A stretch of DNA of 64,000 bases from Alphaproteobacteria bacterium (lineage in GTDB: Bacteria; Pseudomonadota; Alphaproteobacteria; JANQMY01): the NCBI GenBank assembly GCA_965227095.1, contig CBDDFL010000002.1:3107-67106 (forward strand). Reading direction: 5' to 3'. This document shows positions 28,745 through 38,987 of the stretch, one piece after another. The stretch's first letter is position 1. Every line of letters begins with the position of its first letter. Made by a program: the position numbers and the translations under genes. Below the pieces are notes generated by a model. It saw only the letters and a program-made list of their open reading frames with translations, was not told where the DNA came from and searched no databases.

Positions 28745-29941
28745 ATGCGCAGTTTCTATCTCACAGCCCTCGTCCTGGGCCTGCTGACTGCGGTCGGCCC
28801 GCTGGCGATCAACATGTATCTGCCCGCGCTTCCAGTCATCGAGGATGTCTTTGACACCGACACGGTGACCGTTCAGCTAAGCCTTCTTTCGTTCTTTGTC
28901 TCCATGTCACTGGCTCAGCTCATCTATGGCCCGCTTTCGGACATGTTCGGCCGCAGGCTGCCGCTATTCATCGGTCTGACACTCTATCTGCTGGGGGCGG
29001 TCGGTTCCGCGCTGGCCCCGGACATTCAATGGCTGATCGCCGCGCGTGCGCTTCAGGGGCTGGGCGCAGCAGCGGGAATGGTGATCGCGCGTGCCGTCAT
29101 TCGAGATCTCTATACCGGCCCTCAGGCCGCGCAGCTCATGGCCACGCTAATGCTGGTGGTCAGTATTGCGCCGGTCCTCGCTCCGCTGGCGGGAAGCGCT
29201 GCGCTCGCCGCAGGTGGTTGGCGCACGATCTTCTGGTCGATGGCGGCGGCGGCCATCGCGGCGCTTGTGCTTCTGACCACCGCGCTCAAGGAAACCCGCC
29301 CCCCCGAACAGCGCGGCGACAGCAGCCTTGCACGCTCGCTCCGGGACTACGCAAGCCTTCTGCGCGAACCGAGGTTTCTCGGCATCGTCTTTGTTGGTGC
29401 ATTCGGGTTGGCCAGCTTCATGGCCTATGTGGCGAACTCGTCCTTCATCCTGATCGAGTACTATGGACTGAGCCCGACGCAATACAGCCTCGCCTTTTCG
29501 ATCAACGCCGCAGGGTTTATCGGCGTCGCCCAACTCAACGGGTATCTGAGCCGACGCTTCGGGCTAGGGCCGATGATCCGGTTTGCGACGGCGGCGAATG
29601 TGGCTGTCATGCTGCTGCTGCTGATCACGGAACTGGTCGGGATCGCAACGCTGCCGGTGATGATTGTTCTGCTTCTATGCGGCTATGCGTTTCTGGGTCT
29701 CGTCGTGCCGGGCACGGCGGTGCTCGCTCTGGAAGATCATGGAGAAAAAGCCGGAACGGCGTCAGCGCTGATGGGTGCACTGCAATTCATGACGGCGACG
29801 GTCATGATCGGGATTGCGGGCGCATTCTTTGACGGCACGCCCATTCCGATGATCGTGGCCATCGCAGCCTGTTCCGTGATCGCTTTTGCTCTGGCGATGC
29901 TTTCTGTACCTCGAAAGGAGGCGCAGATCCCCGCTGAATAG
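28745..29941 (+). CDS. Bcr/CflA family MFS efflux transporter
   Basis: GPLAINMYLPALP..GPLSDMFGRR..ARAVIRDLY. Confidence 0.92.
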   Translation: MRSFYLTALVLGLLTAVGPLAINMYLPALPVIEDVFDTDTVTVQLSLLSFFVSMSLAQLIYGPLSDMFGRRLPLFIGLTLYLLGAVGSALAPDIQWLIAARALQGLGAAAGMVIARAVIRDLYTGPQAAQLMATLMLVVSIAPVLAPLAGSAALAAGGWRTIFWSMAAAAIAALVLLTTALKETRPPEQRGDSSLARSLRDYASLLREPRFLGIVFVGAFGLASFMAYVANSSFILIEYYGLSPTQYSLAFSINAAGFIGVAQLNGYLSRRFGLGPMIRFATAANVAVMLLLLITELVGIATLPVMIVLLLCGYAFLGLVVPGTAVLALEDHGEKAGTASALMGALQFMTATVMIGIAGAFFDGTPIPMIVAIAACSVIAFALAMLSVPRKEAQIPAE

Positions 29942-29955
29942 GGTGTCGGCGCCGG

Positions 29956-30630
29956 TCAGGCTGCGCCTGCGGCCACCTTCCCGATCCGGTAGGTGCAACG
30001 GCGGCCACCTCTCACAATATGCTCGACCCTCTCGATGGCGGTACCAGGGCCCAGAACCTGCTCAAAAACCGCCTGTTCGGACCGGCAGAAACCTTGACAG
30101 AAACGCGCGGCAGCGCAGATCGGGCAGTGGTTTTCGACAAATAGGAACGTCCCGTCACCGGCATCCTCGAAACTCGCCATATAGCCTTCGTCAGAGCGCA
30201 GTTCAGCCAGTCTGGCGACGCGCTCCTTCAGGCTGCCGCATCCCACCATCGCGGCTTCGTATTGTGCCCGTGTCCTAGTCTCTCTGGCCGAGATAACCCG
30301 ATCCAGGGCCTCCGCACCCAACTCATCCTGAATGCTGCTCAGGATTTCAACGGTTAGCCCGGCGTGGGTATTCGGAAACCGTGCCTGCCCCTTTTCGGAC
30401 AGGTGCCAGTAGGTCGATGGACGGCCTCGGCTCGCACTGCGCCGCTCTTCGCGGACCAGCCCGTCATTCGAGAGCTTCATGAGCTGCTGGCGCGCGCCCT
30501 CACCGGTGATCCCAAGCCGTTCGCCGATCTGCGACGAGGTCAACGCGCCCTGCATCTTCAGGGTCATCAGGATGCGATCCGACGGCGCACGTGGTGCATC
30601 CGGGTATTTTTCCAAGTGATCGCTTGACAT
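29956..30630 (-). CDS. SufR-like HTH metalloregulator
   Basis: HTH with RGRP..W.LSEKG..FP; ENHCPICAAARFCQGFCRSE..RRCTYRI Cys motif. Confidence 0.8.
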   Translation of the reverse strand: MSSDHLEKYPDAPRAPSDRILMTLKMQGALTSSQIGERLGITGEGARQQLMKLSNDGLVREERRSASRGRPSTYWHLSEKGQARFPNTHAGLTVEILSSIQDELGAEALDRVISARETRTRAQYEAAMVGCGSLKERVARLAELRSDEGYMASFEDAGDGTFLFVENHCPICAAARFCQGFCRSEQAVFEQVLGPGTAIERVEHIVRGGRRCTYRIGKVAAGAA

Positions 30631-30716
30631 ATTGGCCGGATTGTTTTTCAAAGTCTTCACTTGTTTAATTACCCGCTCACGTACCATGACGCAAGCCGGA
30701 CCCGATAAGGAGAGAC

Positions 30717-31322
30717 ATGATGGCCTTTGAATTGCCCGCCCTAACCTACGACCACGCAGCCCTTGCCGCGCGGGGGATGAGCCAGGAAACGTTGGAATTG
30801 CATCACGACAAGCACCATCAGGCCTACGTAACCGCGCTCAACGGCTTTGTGGACGCGAACGCCGACCTGCAAGGCAAGACACTGGAAGAAATCATCGCGC
30901 TCACCTATGGCGATGCCGATCGTGCGCCCGTGTTCAACAATGCGGGCCAACACTGGAACCACATTCATTTCTGGAACGCACTTTCGCCTGCGGGTGGCGG
31001 CATCCCGGGTAAACTCGAAGGCAAGATTGTCGATGCCTTCGGTTCGGTCGAGCAATTCAAGGCCGATTTCAAGACCGCAGCCAACGGTCAGTTCGGCTCC
31101 GGCTGGGCGTGGCTGATCCAGAAATCTGATGGCACATTGGCCGTCACCAAAACACCGAACGGCGTGAACCCGCTGGCTACAGGAGAGGGCACGACGCTGC
31201 TGGGCCTCGATGTCTGGGAACACAGCTACTACGTCGACTTCCGCAACCGGCGGCCCGACTATGTGACCAACTTCCTCGACAACCTGGCGAATTACGAATT
31301 TGCCGAAGCCAACCTCGCCTGA
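30717..31322 (+). CDS. sodB: Fe/Mn superoxide dismutase
   Basis: HHDKHHQAYV, NNAGQHWNH, QFGSGWAW and DVWEHSYY motifs. Confidence 0.93.
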   Translation: MMAFELPALTYDHAALAARGMSQETLELHHDKHHQAYVTALNGFVDANADLQGKTLEEIIALTYGDADRAPVFNNAGQHWNHIHFWNALSPAGGGIPGKLEGKIVDAFGSVEQFKADFKTAANGQFGSGWAWLIQKSDGTLAVTKTPNGVNPLATGEGTTLLGLDVWEHSYYVDFRNRRPDYVTNFLDNLANYEFAEANLA

Positions 31323-31680
31323 ACGCGAGTCGGTCTCGGCGTCGGGGCCCAGTTTGAAACAGGCTTTCTGCGTTCCGAGTCGGCTCGACAATTCGATGCG
31401 TATCGGCCATTTCTTGATCTCAAACTCAAGAGAAGACCAAGTGAATACTCTTCTCGGATCTCACGTCAGACTTATGTAGGGCCTCCTTCAGTTGCCTTCC
31501 TCAAAAAAAGGCCTGGGGACAGCCGGCTCAAGCGAAGGAGAGTCACCAATTAGTGACCTAGCGACGGCGCATGGCAGAACGTTTGGAGGTGGGTGACACC
31601 GGGTGTAGCGCGGCTTATAGCATGAAATCGTCCAAGCAGTTTGGGCGATTATTCTCAAACAAGGAGGACGGGAACTGGAT

Positions 31681-32340
31681 TTGCCAATTTCGCGACGCGC
31701 ACCGAAACTCGTGATTTTTGACTGTGACGGTGTGCTCGTAGACTCCGAGCCGACCTTCAATCGCGTGCTGCACGCTTATTTGCTTTCGACTGGCGCAAGC
31801 TTGTCACTCGTTGAATGCCACGGCTTGTTCGTCGGCAAGAGCAGACATGATGTCGAACGTTATGTGAGCGAAAGGGGATTGCGCCTTCCTGCGAAATGGC
31901 CACACGACTTCTACGACAGAGTTCTCGAAGCCCTCGGAAAAGAGGTCGAGCCGATCCCGGGCGCCCGTGAGGCGGTGACGTTGATTTCGTCGGCTGGCAT
32001 TCCGCTCTGCGTAGCCTCAAATGGGCTTCTGGCAAAGATGCGTGTCACACTGGAACGGTCGGGGCTGCTTCCCTGGTTCGAAGGAAATATGTTTTCGGCT
32101 TATGATGTCGGCGCCAGCAAACCCGCGCCCGATGTGTTTTTGCATGCGGCCGAAATGAATGGCGTTGCGCCAGAGGATTGCGTGGTAGTCGAAGATAGCA
32201 TGAGCGGATTCGAGGCGGCCTCCAACGCTGCGATGACCTGTTTTGCCTACCTCCCGAAGACAGCTTTGAATCCAGAGAACGTCTTCGGTGCGCGACGGCT
32301 AACCGATATGGCTGACCTGCCGAAACTGTTGGGGCTTTGA
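31681..32340 (+). CDS. HAD-superfamily phosphatase (IA)
   Basis: FDCDGVLVDSE, KPAPDVF and VVEDS motifs. Confidence 0.9.
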   Translation: MPISRRAPKLVIFDCDGVLVDSEPTFNRVLHAYLLSTGASLSLVECHGLFVGKSRHDVERYVSERGLRLPAKWPHDFYDRVLEALGKEVEPIPGAREAVTLISSAGIPLCVASNGLLAKMRVTLERSGLLPWFEGNMFSAYDVGASKPAPDVFLHAAEMNGVAPEDCVVVEDSMSGFEAASNAAMTCFAYLPKTALNPENVFGARRLTDMADLPKLLGL

Positions 32341-32467
32341 GTGGTCAATCCATAGACGGCAACCAGCTTCGCATGGACCGGACGACGTATACCCGGCTGC
32401 AAATCTCCATCGGAACAAACAAAGTTTGTGACCTGCGAAGGAACACGGCCATCAAACAAGATAGTTG

Positions 32468-33532
32468 TTAAATTTTTGTATCCGCTTCACCAATTCTTGT
32501 TATTGATTGACTGAGCGAGCAGCATGCACCCAACCCCCTCGCGGTTGCCATCAGCATTTGGGGGAGGACCATCCACTCCAAAGCCCAGGCTGCACCCGAC
32601 CGTTCCTGTTCATGGATCAAGGCATGATGCATAGCCGAGACCTGTACCGAATTGAACCGTGCCAACGTCACCAAGAGCTCGGCAGCAATCGGGTTGTTCT
32701 TGTGAGGCATGGCGGACGAGGTACCACCTCCTGAAATCGCGATCACACCGATGCCTTGCTGCGCCATGAGGGCGATGTCCTGCCCAATCTTGCCTAGAGT
32801 GCCAGAAATCATTGAAAGCAGAGACGCATATTCCACAATCCCGTCACGCATCGTGTGCCAGGCCTTTTTAGTCGGCGCAAGATCGAGCTGGTTGGCGACA
32901 TCGGCGACAACTTCATCCGCCTTATTTCGGAGAGCCTTGCGGTCGCCGGAGGCCCCGCCAATCTGTACCCGCTCGATACGGGGACGGATTTGATCCAGCC
33001 GCACCCGATGCTCGGCCAAAGGCAGGCGCCAGGGTAGAACCCGATCACGTACCTTGATCACCGTGGCGGCCTGCATTCTTGTGCGCCCCATTAACGGTTC
33101 ATCCCCGAACCGCTCTTCTAGCTCCTTGAGGAATTTCTCCAATTCAATCAATCTGTTGGTGATGAGCAATGAAGCCTCTCGCAGAACCAGGACTGTCGTG
33201 GTGTCGACCACATCCTGAGAAGTAGCGCCCATGTGGACGGCTTCTTCAGGTGCGATAGCCTTAAGCTGTTTGACCAGACTCGGCACCGGCAGACCATCCT
33301 GCGCCGTACCTTTGGTAAGATCGGTTAGATCGGGTTTGGCAACTTCGATTGCTTGTGCAGCTGTCTCGGCCAGAGTTGCGTCAATCAGTCCTGCCCGGCC
33401 ACAGGCCCGCGACCATGCCGCCTCGAAGGCGAGCATGTGCTGAAGATGCCGTTCCGGAGAGAGGATCGCTGCCATAGCGTCATCGCCGAACAGACCGGAT
33501 AGCCACGGACTCTCAAACACTGAAGCGCTCAT
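32468..33532 (-). CDS. pcaB: 3-carboxy-cis,cis-muconate cycloisomerase
   Basis: HMGATSQD, GRTRMQ, SSAMPHKNNP and QERSGAAWALEW; pca context. Confidence 0.93.
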   Translation of the reverse strand: MSASVFESPWLSGLFGDDAMAAILSPERHLQHMLAFEAAWSRACGRAGLIDATLAETAAQAIEVAKPDLTDLTKGTAQDGLPVPSLVKQLKAIAPEEAVHMGATSQDVVDTTTVLVLREASLLITNRLIELEKFLKELEERFGDEPLMGRTRMQAATVIKVRDRVLPWRLPLAEHRVRLDQIRPRIERVQIGGASGDRKALRNKADEVVADVANQLDLAPTKKAWHTMRDGIVEYASLLSMISGTLGKIGQDIALMAQQGIGVIAISGGGTSSAMPHKNNPIAAELLVTLARFNSVQVSAMHHALIHEQERSGAAWALEWMVLPQMLMATARGLGACCSLSQSITRIGEADTKI

Positions 33533-33602
33533 AGCGAGCTCCTTATGGTGCGCCGAAAGCGCGGGATGACCAATCTATATGATGCCGCTTTCCCCGATCT
33601 GG

Positions 33603-34208
33603 TCAGATGTCGAGGAAAACCGTCTCGCCCTCGCCCTGTAGTCGAATGTCGAAGCGGTACTTGCCGTCGCCGGTTTTCTTGGCGATCAGGGTATTCACCC
33701 GTGGTCGCTGTTCGATTCGGATCAGCAACGGGTCATTGGCGTTGTCCTCGTCTTCGAAATAGATCCGGGTATTGAGACCTACGTTAATCCCACGTGCGAC
33801 GACCCAAAGGGAAATATGAGGCGCGCTCTCGACTCCACCGCGCCCCTGGTAAGAGCCAGGTTTGACTGTGCGCAAGGTAAACTCGCCGCTTTCCGCGTCG
33901 GCCGCAAAGCGGCAATGGCCTGTAAAGGCCGGATCGGCGCTTTTATCGCCCGGAAACACGCCCCCAGCATCGCATTGCCAGCTCTCGATCAACGCATCTC
34001 GCATCGCCCAGCCGGTGCCGTCAAATACGGAGCCAACGATCTCAACGATCTCACCCTTGGCCTTGCTTTCATCCAGAAAAGGCGTGGTGCCAATCTCTTC
34101 GTCATAGTATCCTGCGTTTCCCGCATAGGTAGGCATCAGGCCGATATGGACATAAGGACCCGCCGTTTGCGAGGCGCTTTCGATCAGTGTTTCAAGTTTC
34201 TGAACCAT
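33603..34208 (-). CDS. pcaG: Protocatechuate 3,4-dioxygenase alpha subunit
   Basis: SQTAGPYVHIGL..APHISLWVVARGIN..TRIYF..ETVFLDI. Confidence 0.96.
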   Translation of the reverse strand: MVQKLETLIESASQTAGPYVHIGLMPTYAGNAGYYDEEIGTTPFLDESKAKGEIVEIVGSVFDGTGWAMRDALIESWQCDAGGVFPGDKSADPAFTGHCRFAADAESGEFTLRTVKPGSYQGRGGVESAPHISLWVVARGINVGLNTRIYFEDEDNANDPLLIRIEQRPRVNTLIAKKTGDGKYRFDIRLQGEGETVFLDI

Positions 34209-34209
34209 T

Positions 34210-34938
34210 TCACATGCCCTCCAGCTTGTTTTCAAACATGGTCTGACGGCGACCCCGCAAAACAATGTCAAATTTATAGGCGAGAAAATCGAGTGGGCGC
34301 GATTTCGAGAAATCGAGCGGCGCGACCAGCCGGTCGAGCTGGCTGCGATCCTTGATGGTCGCGGCGATCGGGCAGTGATTGATGAGCGGATCGCCCTCGA
34401 AATACATCTGCGAGATTAACCTTTGGCCGAAGCTGTGGCCAAATATCGAAAAGTGGATGTGCATCGGACGCCAGTCATTGGCACGGTTAGGCCAGGGGTA
34501 AGCCCCTGGACGAATGGTCAAGAATTCGTAGTATCCGTTTTCATCCGTGATGGTCCGACCGCAGCCGCCGAAATTTGGGTCGAGCGGTGCGAAATAGGTG
34601 TCTTTCTTGTGCCGGTAGCGCCCACCCGCATTAGCCTGCCAGATCTCTATTAGCGCGTTCGGTATCGGGCGGTTCATCTCGTCCAGCAAGCGGCCATGCA
34701 CCAGGATGCGTTCGCCCACGGCGGGAGCAGCACCCTTTGTCCAGTTCAAGATCAGGTTGTTGTCGAGCGCGCCGAGCTTCGTGTGGCCGAATCTCGGACC
34801 AGTCTCTTCCGAGGGAGTGCTCTCCATCGAAAGCAACGGCAGGAAGGGCGAGCGCGCGACGCTCGTTTTGTAGCCAGGATCATAGGGCTCGGGGTGGATC
34901 GCGCGGTTGCGCGGAATCAGTGGTCCATGGTCAGTCAT
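34210..34938 (-). CDS. pcaH: Protocatechuate 3,4-dioxygenase beta subunit
   Basis: WQANAGGRYRH..DPNFGGCGR..YPW..WRPMHIHFS. Confidence 0.96.
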   Translation of the reverse strand: MTDHGPLIPRNRAIHPEPYDPGYKTSVARSPFLPLLSMESTPSEETGPRFGHTKLGALDNNLILNWTKGAAPAVGERILVHGRLLDEMNRPIPNALIEIWQANAGGRYRHKKDTYFAPLDPNFGGCGRTITDENGYYEFLTIRPGAYPWPNRANDWRPMHIHFSIFGHSFGQRLISQMYFEGDPLINHCPIAATIKDRSQLDRLVAPLDFSKSRPLDFLAYKFDIVLRGRRQTMFENKLEGM

Positions 34939-35318
34939 TAGATACTTTCCTCCATTTCCGCATAAGTCTGCTTGGCCAGCTTTAGCGCGTGGTTGGCTTT
35001 CGGCACGCCAGCATAGATCGCGACGTGTTGCAGCGCCTCGGCGACATCCGCTTTCGAGGCACCGGTATTGGCGGTAGCCCGGATATGCATTGGAATTTCC
35101 TCGAAATTTCCTGTCGCGGCCAGCAGTGCGAGGGTCAACATCGAGCGTTCGCGTCGGGTGATCCGCTCCGACGCCCAAACAGTTCCCCATGCGCTTTCGG
35201 TGATCAACGACTGAAACGGCAAGTCGAATTCGGTCTTGCCTGCCTCTGCCCGGTCCACATGGGCCTCGCCCAGCACCTCGCGGCGCACTTGCATGCCTTT
35301 GTCGAACGTCTCTGTCAT
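34938..35318 (-). CDS. pcaC: 4-carboxymuconolactone decarboxylase
   Basis: RREVLGEAHVDRA..AWGTVW..HIRATANTG..AIYAGVPKAN. Confidence 0.95.
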   Translation of the reverse strand: MTETFDKGMQVRREVLGEAHVDRAEAGKTEFDLPFQSLITESAWGTVWASERITRRERSMLTLALLAATGNFEEIPMHIRATANTGASKADVAEALQHVAIYAGVPKANHALKLAKQTYAEMEESI

Positions 35319-36097
35319 GGGATGATCCTTTCCACGAAATTCATCAGGGTGTGGGCAAATACCTTTGGCTGCTCTACCGCAGGAAGATGGCCGGAGCGGT
35401 CGAACATGACTAAATCGGAGCGGGGCAGGGCGGCGGCGAGCTTTTCGACCACGTCCGGCGGCGTCGCCTGATCGTGATAGCCGCCGATCACCAGCGCGGG
35501 CTGGGTGATTTCGCGAAGGCGGTCGGTGATGTCGGTGCCGGCGATCGCCGCGCAAGTGGCTATATAGCCTTCCGTATCTGTCCGGGTGAGCAGCGCCCGC
35601 CACAGATCGGTTTCAAGAGTCGCAAGCATATCGGGGCCGAACCACCGCTGTAGGATGCCGTCTGCCATTGCCGCCATGCCATTAGTGCGTACACCCTCGA
35701 TCCGACTCAGCCAGCTATCCGCATTTCCCAGCATTGGGGCGGTATTCGAAAGCACCAAGCCGATCACCCTATCCGGCGCCATGAGCGCGATGTGCTGCGC
35801 GATCAGGCCGCCGATGGAGCAACCGACGATCACCGCCTGAGCGAGACCGATATGGTCCATCGCGGCCAGCACGTCCTCGGCCAGCTCTGGAATGCCATAT
35901 CCCCGCGGCGCGGTACTGCTCAGCCCGTGACCGCGCTTGTCCATGCGCAAGTTCGACCAGCCCGCGGGTAGAAGCGCGACGACATCGTCCCACATCCGCA
36001 GGTCTGTGCCGAGCGAATTGATGAAGACAAGCGCGACACCTTCGCCGTCAGTGGCGCGCAGATGCGTGGTGCCCCAATCGCGTTTCAATGCCTGCAT
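35315..36097 (-). CDS. pcaD: 3-oxoadipate enol-lactonase
   Basis: NSLGTDLRMWD..DKRGHGLS..GCSIGG. Confidence 0.93.
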   Translation of the reverse strand: MQALKRDWGTTHLRATDGEGVALVFINSLGTDLRMWDDVVALLPAGWSNLRMDKRGHGLSSTAPRGYGIPELAEDVLAAMDHIGLAQAVIVGCSIGGLIAQHIALMAPDRVIGLVLSNTAPMLGNADSWLSRIEGVRTNGMAAMADGILQRWFGPDMLATLETDLWRALLTRTDTEGYIATCAAIAGTDITDRLREITQPALVIGGYHDQATPPDVVEKLAAALPRSDLVMFDRSGHLPAVEQPKVFAHTLMNFVERIIP

Positions 36098-36164
36098 GGT
36101 ATCCTCCTGCCGATAATTTGGCATAACTTTTCCCTTTACAAAAATATGATCTTGGCCAAAAGCT

Positions 36165-36180
36165 ATAACCAAATGGATAT
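36165..36180. promoter_or_regulatory. PcaQ-type LysR box
   Basis: ATAACC-AAAT-GGATAT, close to the rhizobial PcaQ site ATAACC-N4-GGTTAA, between divergent pcaD and pcaQ. Confidence 0.6.
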
Positions 36181-37090
36181 ACCTAATGGTCTGAAACTGC
36201 GCCATCTCGAAGCTTTCCTGACCGTTGCTCAAGCCGGAACAATCTCTGCTGCGGCGCGGCAACGGAACGTGTCGCAGCCGGCATTGTCAAAAACGATCTC
36301 GGAACTGGAGGGGCTGCTTGGCGCGCATCTCTTCGAGCGTACAGGGCGGCGGGCCGTCTTAACCCCGGCAGGTGAGAATTTTCGTGCTCATGCCCGCGCC
36401 GCGCTGCAAAGCCTCGAGGCAGGGGTGCGCGACCTGTCGGGGCAGGTGGCGGCGGGGCTGGTGAAGGTTGGGTTGCTGCCGACCGTGGCCGGTGGGTTCT
36501 TCCCCTCGGTCGCTCTTGCATTCTCGCAGGCGCGCCCGGATGCGCGGATCGGTATAATCACTGGGCCGAACCACTACCTGCTCGAACGACTGCGCGGCGG
36601 CAAGATTGACCTTATGGTCGGGCGCATGCCACGGGCAGCCGACATGGCAGGCCTGTCTTTCGAGTATCTCTATGACGAGCCGATCTTGCTGGTGGCGCGC
36701 GCCGGACATCCAGCGCTGGATCTGCCGGTGACCGACGCTCTGCTACGCTATCCCCTCATCCTGCCCAACCCCGGTGCGATCATTCGTCAGAGCGTGGATC
36801 AATACCTTGCCGCGATGGGGTTATCCGATCTCACACCGGTGTTCGAGACGGTGGCCCTGCCGGCGGCGCAAACGCTTCTCGAAGGTTCTGAGATGCTCTG
36901 GTTCATCTCGCGCGGCGTCGTGGCGCGGGAAATTGCGCGCGGCAGCCTTGCTGCGCTCGATCTAAAGTCGGATTACATGGCCGGGGCGGTTGGTCTGACA
37001 CGCAAGTTCACGTTCGACGAAGACAGCCATGCCGATCTGCTGGCGCGGCTTCTGCACCGGCGGGTTGAAGAGGATTGCGCCCGTCGTTGA
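36173..37090 (+). CDS. pcaQ: LysR regulator PcaQ
   Basis: LKLRHLEAF..SQPALSKTI..LPTVA..GPN..DLMVGRM; divergent from pcaDCHGB. Confidence 0.9.
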   Translation: MDIPNGLKLRHLEAFLTVAQAGTISAAARQRNVSQPALSKTISELEGLLGAHLFERTGRRAVLTPAGENFRAHARAALQSLEAGVRDLSGQVAAGLVKVGLLPTVAGGFFPSVALAFSQARPDARIGIITGPNHYLLERLRGGKIDLMVGRMPRAADMAGLSFEYLYDEPILLVARAGHPALDLPVTDALLRYPLILPNPGAIIRQSVDQYLAAMGLSDLTPVFETVALPAAQTLLEGSEMLWFISRGVVAREIARGSLAALDLKSDYMAGAVGLTRKFTFDEDSHADLLARLLHRRVEEDCARR

Positions 37091-37095
37091 GCCAG

Positions 37096-38295
37096 TCAGA
37101 CGGCTTCTAGCGCAATAGCAATACCCTGTCCTACACCGATACACATGGTGGATAGCGATTTCTCACCAGGCTTGAGGTCAAGCATCGCGGTGCCAGTAAT
37201 CCGCGCACCCGACATGCCCAGCGGATGACCCAACGCGATTGCCCCGCCATTGGGGTTCACACGCACGTCATCATCAGCAATCCCAAGATTACGCAACGTG
37301 GCGAGGCCCTGCGAGGCGAAAGCTTCGTTAAGCTCAATCACTGCGAACTCCTCTTGGCGCAGGCCAAGACGCGCCAGAAGCTTTCTCGAGGCCGGAGCCG
37401 GGCCGAAGCCCATGATGCGCGGCGCCACGCCGGCGGTTGCCCCGCCGAGCACTCTGGCGATCGGCTTAAGCCCATGCTTTTCGGCAGCTTCTTTCGTCGA
37501 AAGGATCAAAGCGGCAGACCCGTCATTCACGCCAGAGGCGTTGCCCGCTGTCACAGTGCCATCGGCTTTCACGAAGGGCCGAAGTTTTTTCAGGCCTTCG
37601 TATGTAGTCGTGGAACGCGGATGCTCGTCGGTGTCGATGACCAGAGGATCACCTTTGCGCTGCGGGATCGTAACCGGCACGATCTCCTGGGCCAAACGGC
37701 CATTGACTTGGGCTTTGGCCGCTTTCTGCTGCGAGCGCAAGGCGAAGGCATCCTGATCGGGGCGCGAGATGCCAAAATCTTCGGCCACATTCTCTGCCGT
37801 CTCGGGCATGCTGTCGACGCCATATTTTTCCTTCATCAGCTTGTTAACGAAACGCCAGCCGATAGTGGTGTCGTGGACCTCATTGGCCCGCGAGAAGGCG
37901 GAGGTGGCCTTGGGCATCACGAATGGCGCGCGCGACATGCTCTCTACCCCTCCGGCGACAAGCAGCTCGGCCTCGCCGGATTTGATCGCCCGAGCTGCAG
38001 TGATGACCGCATCCATACCCGAGCCGCAAAGTCGGTTCATCGTCGTACCCGGCACCGTCTCGGGATAGCCTGCGAGAAGCAGCGCCATGCGGGCGACGTT
38101 GCGGTTGTCTTCGCCAGCCTGATTGGCGCAGCCGAAGATCACCTCGTCGATCGCGGCAAGGTCGAGGCCCGGATTGCGCGCGGCAATGGCCCGAAGCGGA
38201 ATCGCGGCAAGGTCGTCAGCGCGGACGGAGGAAAGCGCACCGCCAAAGCGGCCGATTGGTGTGCGGATGTAGTCGCATATGTATACGTCAGTCAT
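37096..38295 (-). CDS. pcaF: 3-oxoadipyl-CoA thiolase
   Basis: NQAGEDNRNVARM, NRLCGSG, GHPLGMSG and MCIGVGQG motifs. Confidence 0.95.
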   Translation of the reverse strand: MTDVYICDYIRTPIGRFGGALSSVRADDLAAIPLRAIAARNPGLDLAAIDEVIFGCANQAGEDNRNVARMALLLAGYPETVPGTTMNRLCGSGMDAVITAARAIKSGEAELLVAGGVESMSRAPFVMPKATSAFSRANEVHDTTIGWRFVNKLMKEKYGVDSMPETAENVAEDFGISRPDQDAFALRSQQKAAKAQVNGRLAQEIVPVTIPQRKGDPLVIDTDEHPRSTTTYEGLKKLRPFVKADGTVTAGNASGVNDGSAALILSTKEAAEKHGLKPIARVLGGATAGVAPRIMGFGPAPASRKLLARLGLRQEEFAVIELNEAFASQGLATLRNLGIADDDVRVNPNGGAIALGHPLGMSGARITGTAMLDLKPGEKSLSTMCIGVGQGIAIALEAV

Positions 38296-38987
38296 GAGAT
38301 TCCCTCGGGAACATTGAGTTCGGCAACTTCGCCAACAATGTGCAACGTCGCGCCAGTCACCGCCTGCAAGGCGTCCAAAGTGATGCCCGGCAGTTTTTCA
38401 CGAAGCACGAATTTGCTATCTTCGATGTCAATCACGGCCAGAGAGGTGTAGACGCGGGTCACGCACCCGACGCCTGTCAGCGGGAAAGTACAGGCCTCGA
38501 CCAGTTTCGGGCCGCCATCCTTGGTTACATGGTCAGTTACAACCGCCACACGCTTGGCCCCATGCACAAGGTCCATTGCTCCACCCACGGCCGGCACGCC
38601 TTTGGTGCCTACGCGCCAGTTCGCCAGATCGCCGTTCTGGGCGACCTGATACGCGCCAAGAACGGCCAGATCGAGGTGGCCACCGCGCACCATCGAAAAG
38701 CTGTCGGCATGATGGAAAAAGGATGCACCGGGCTTCAATGTAATCGCCTTTTTGCCCGCATTAATAAGATCCCAGTCTTCCTGTCCCTCCGCAGGGGCTT
38801 TTCCGAATCCCAGCACGCCGTTCTCGGTATGATAGGTTACATCGCGGCCATCGGGCTGGAACTTGGCGATCATCTCGGGAAATCCGATACCGAGGTTCAC
38901 ATAGGAACCATCTTCGATATCCTGAGCGGCACGCCACGCGATCTGCGCGTTCGTCAGTTTGTCTTCCATTAAATTGAAACCGGACAT
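38292..38987 (-). CDS. pcaJ: 3-oxoadipate CoA-transferase subunit B
   Basis: VNLGIG, TENG, RGGHLD and GGAMDL motifs. Confidence 0.92.
   Translation of the reverse strand: MSGFNLMEDKLTNAQIAWRAAQDIEDGSYVNLGIGFPEMIAKFQPDGRDVTYHTENGVLGFGKAPAEGQEDWDLINAGKKAITLKPGASFFHHADSFSMVRGGHLDLAVLGAYQVAQNGDLANWRVGTKGVPAVGGAMDLVHGAKRVAVVTDHVTKDGGPKLVEACTFPLTGVGCVTRVYTSLAVIDIEDSKFVLREKLPGITLDALQAVTGATLHIVGEVAELNVPEGIS

Noticed and set aside
31323-31680. Intergenic region after sod as a possible sRNA or riboswitch
   Set aside because: No recognisable motif or strong structure by eye; would need an Rfam search
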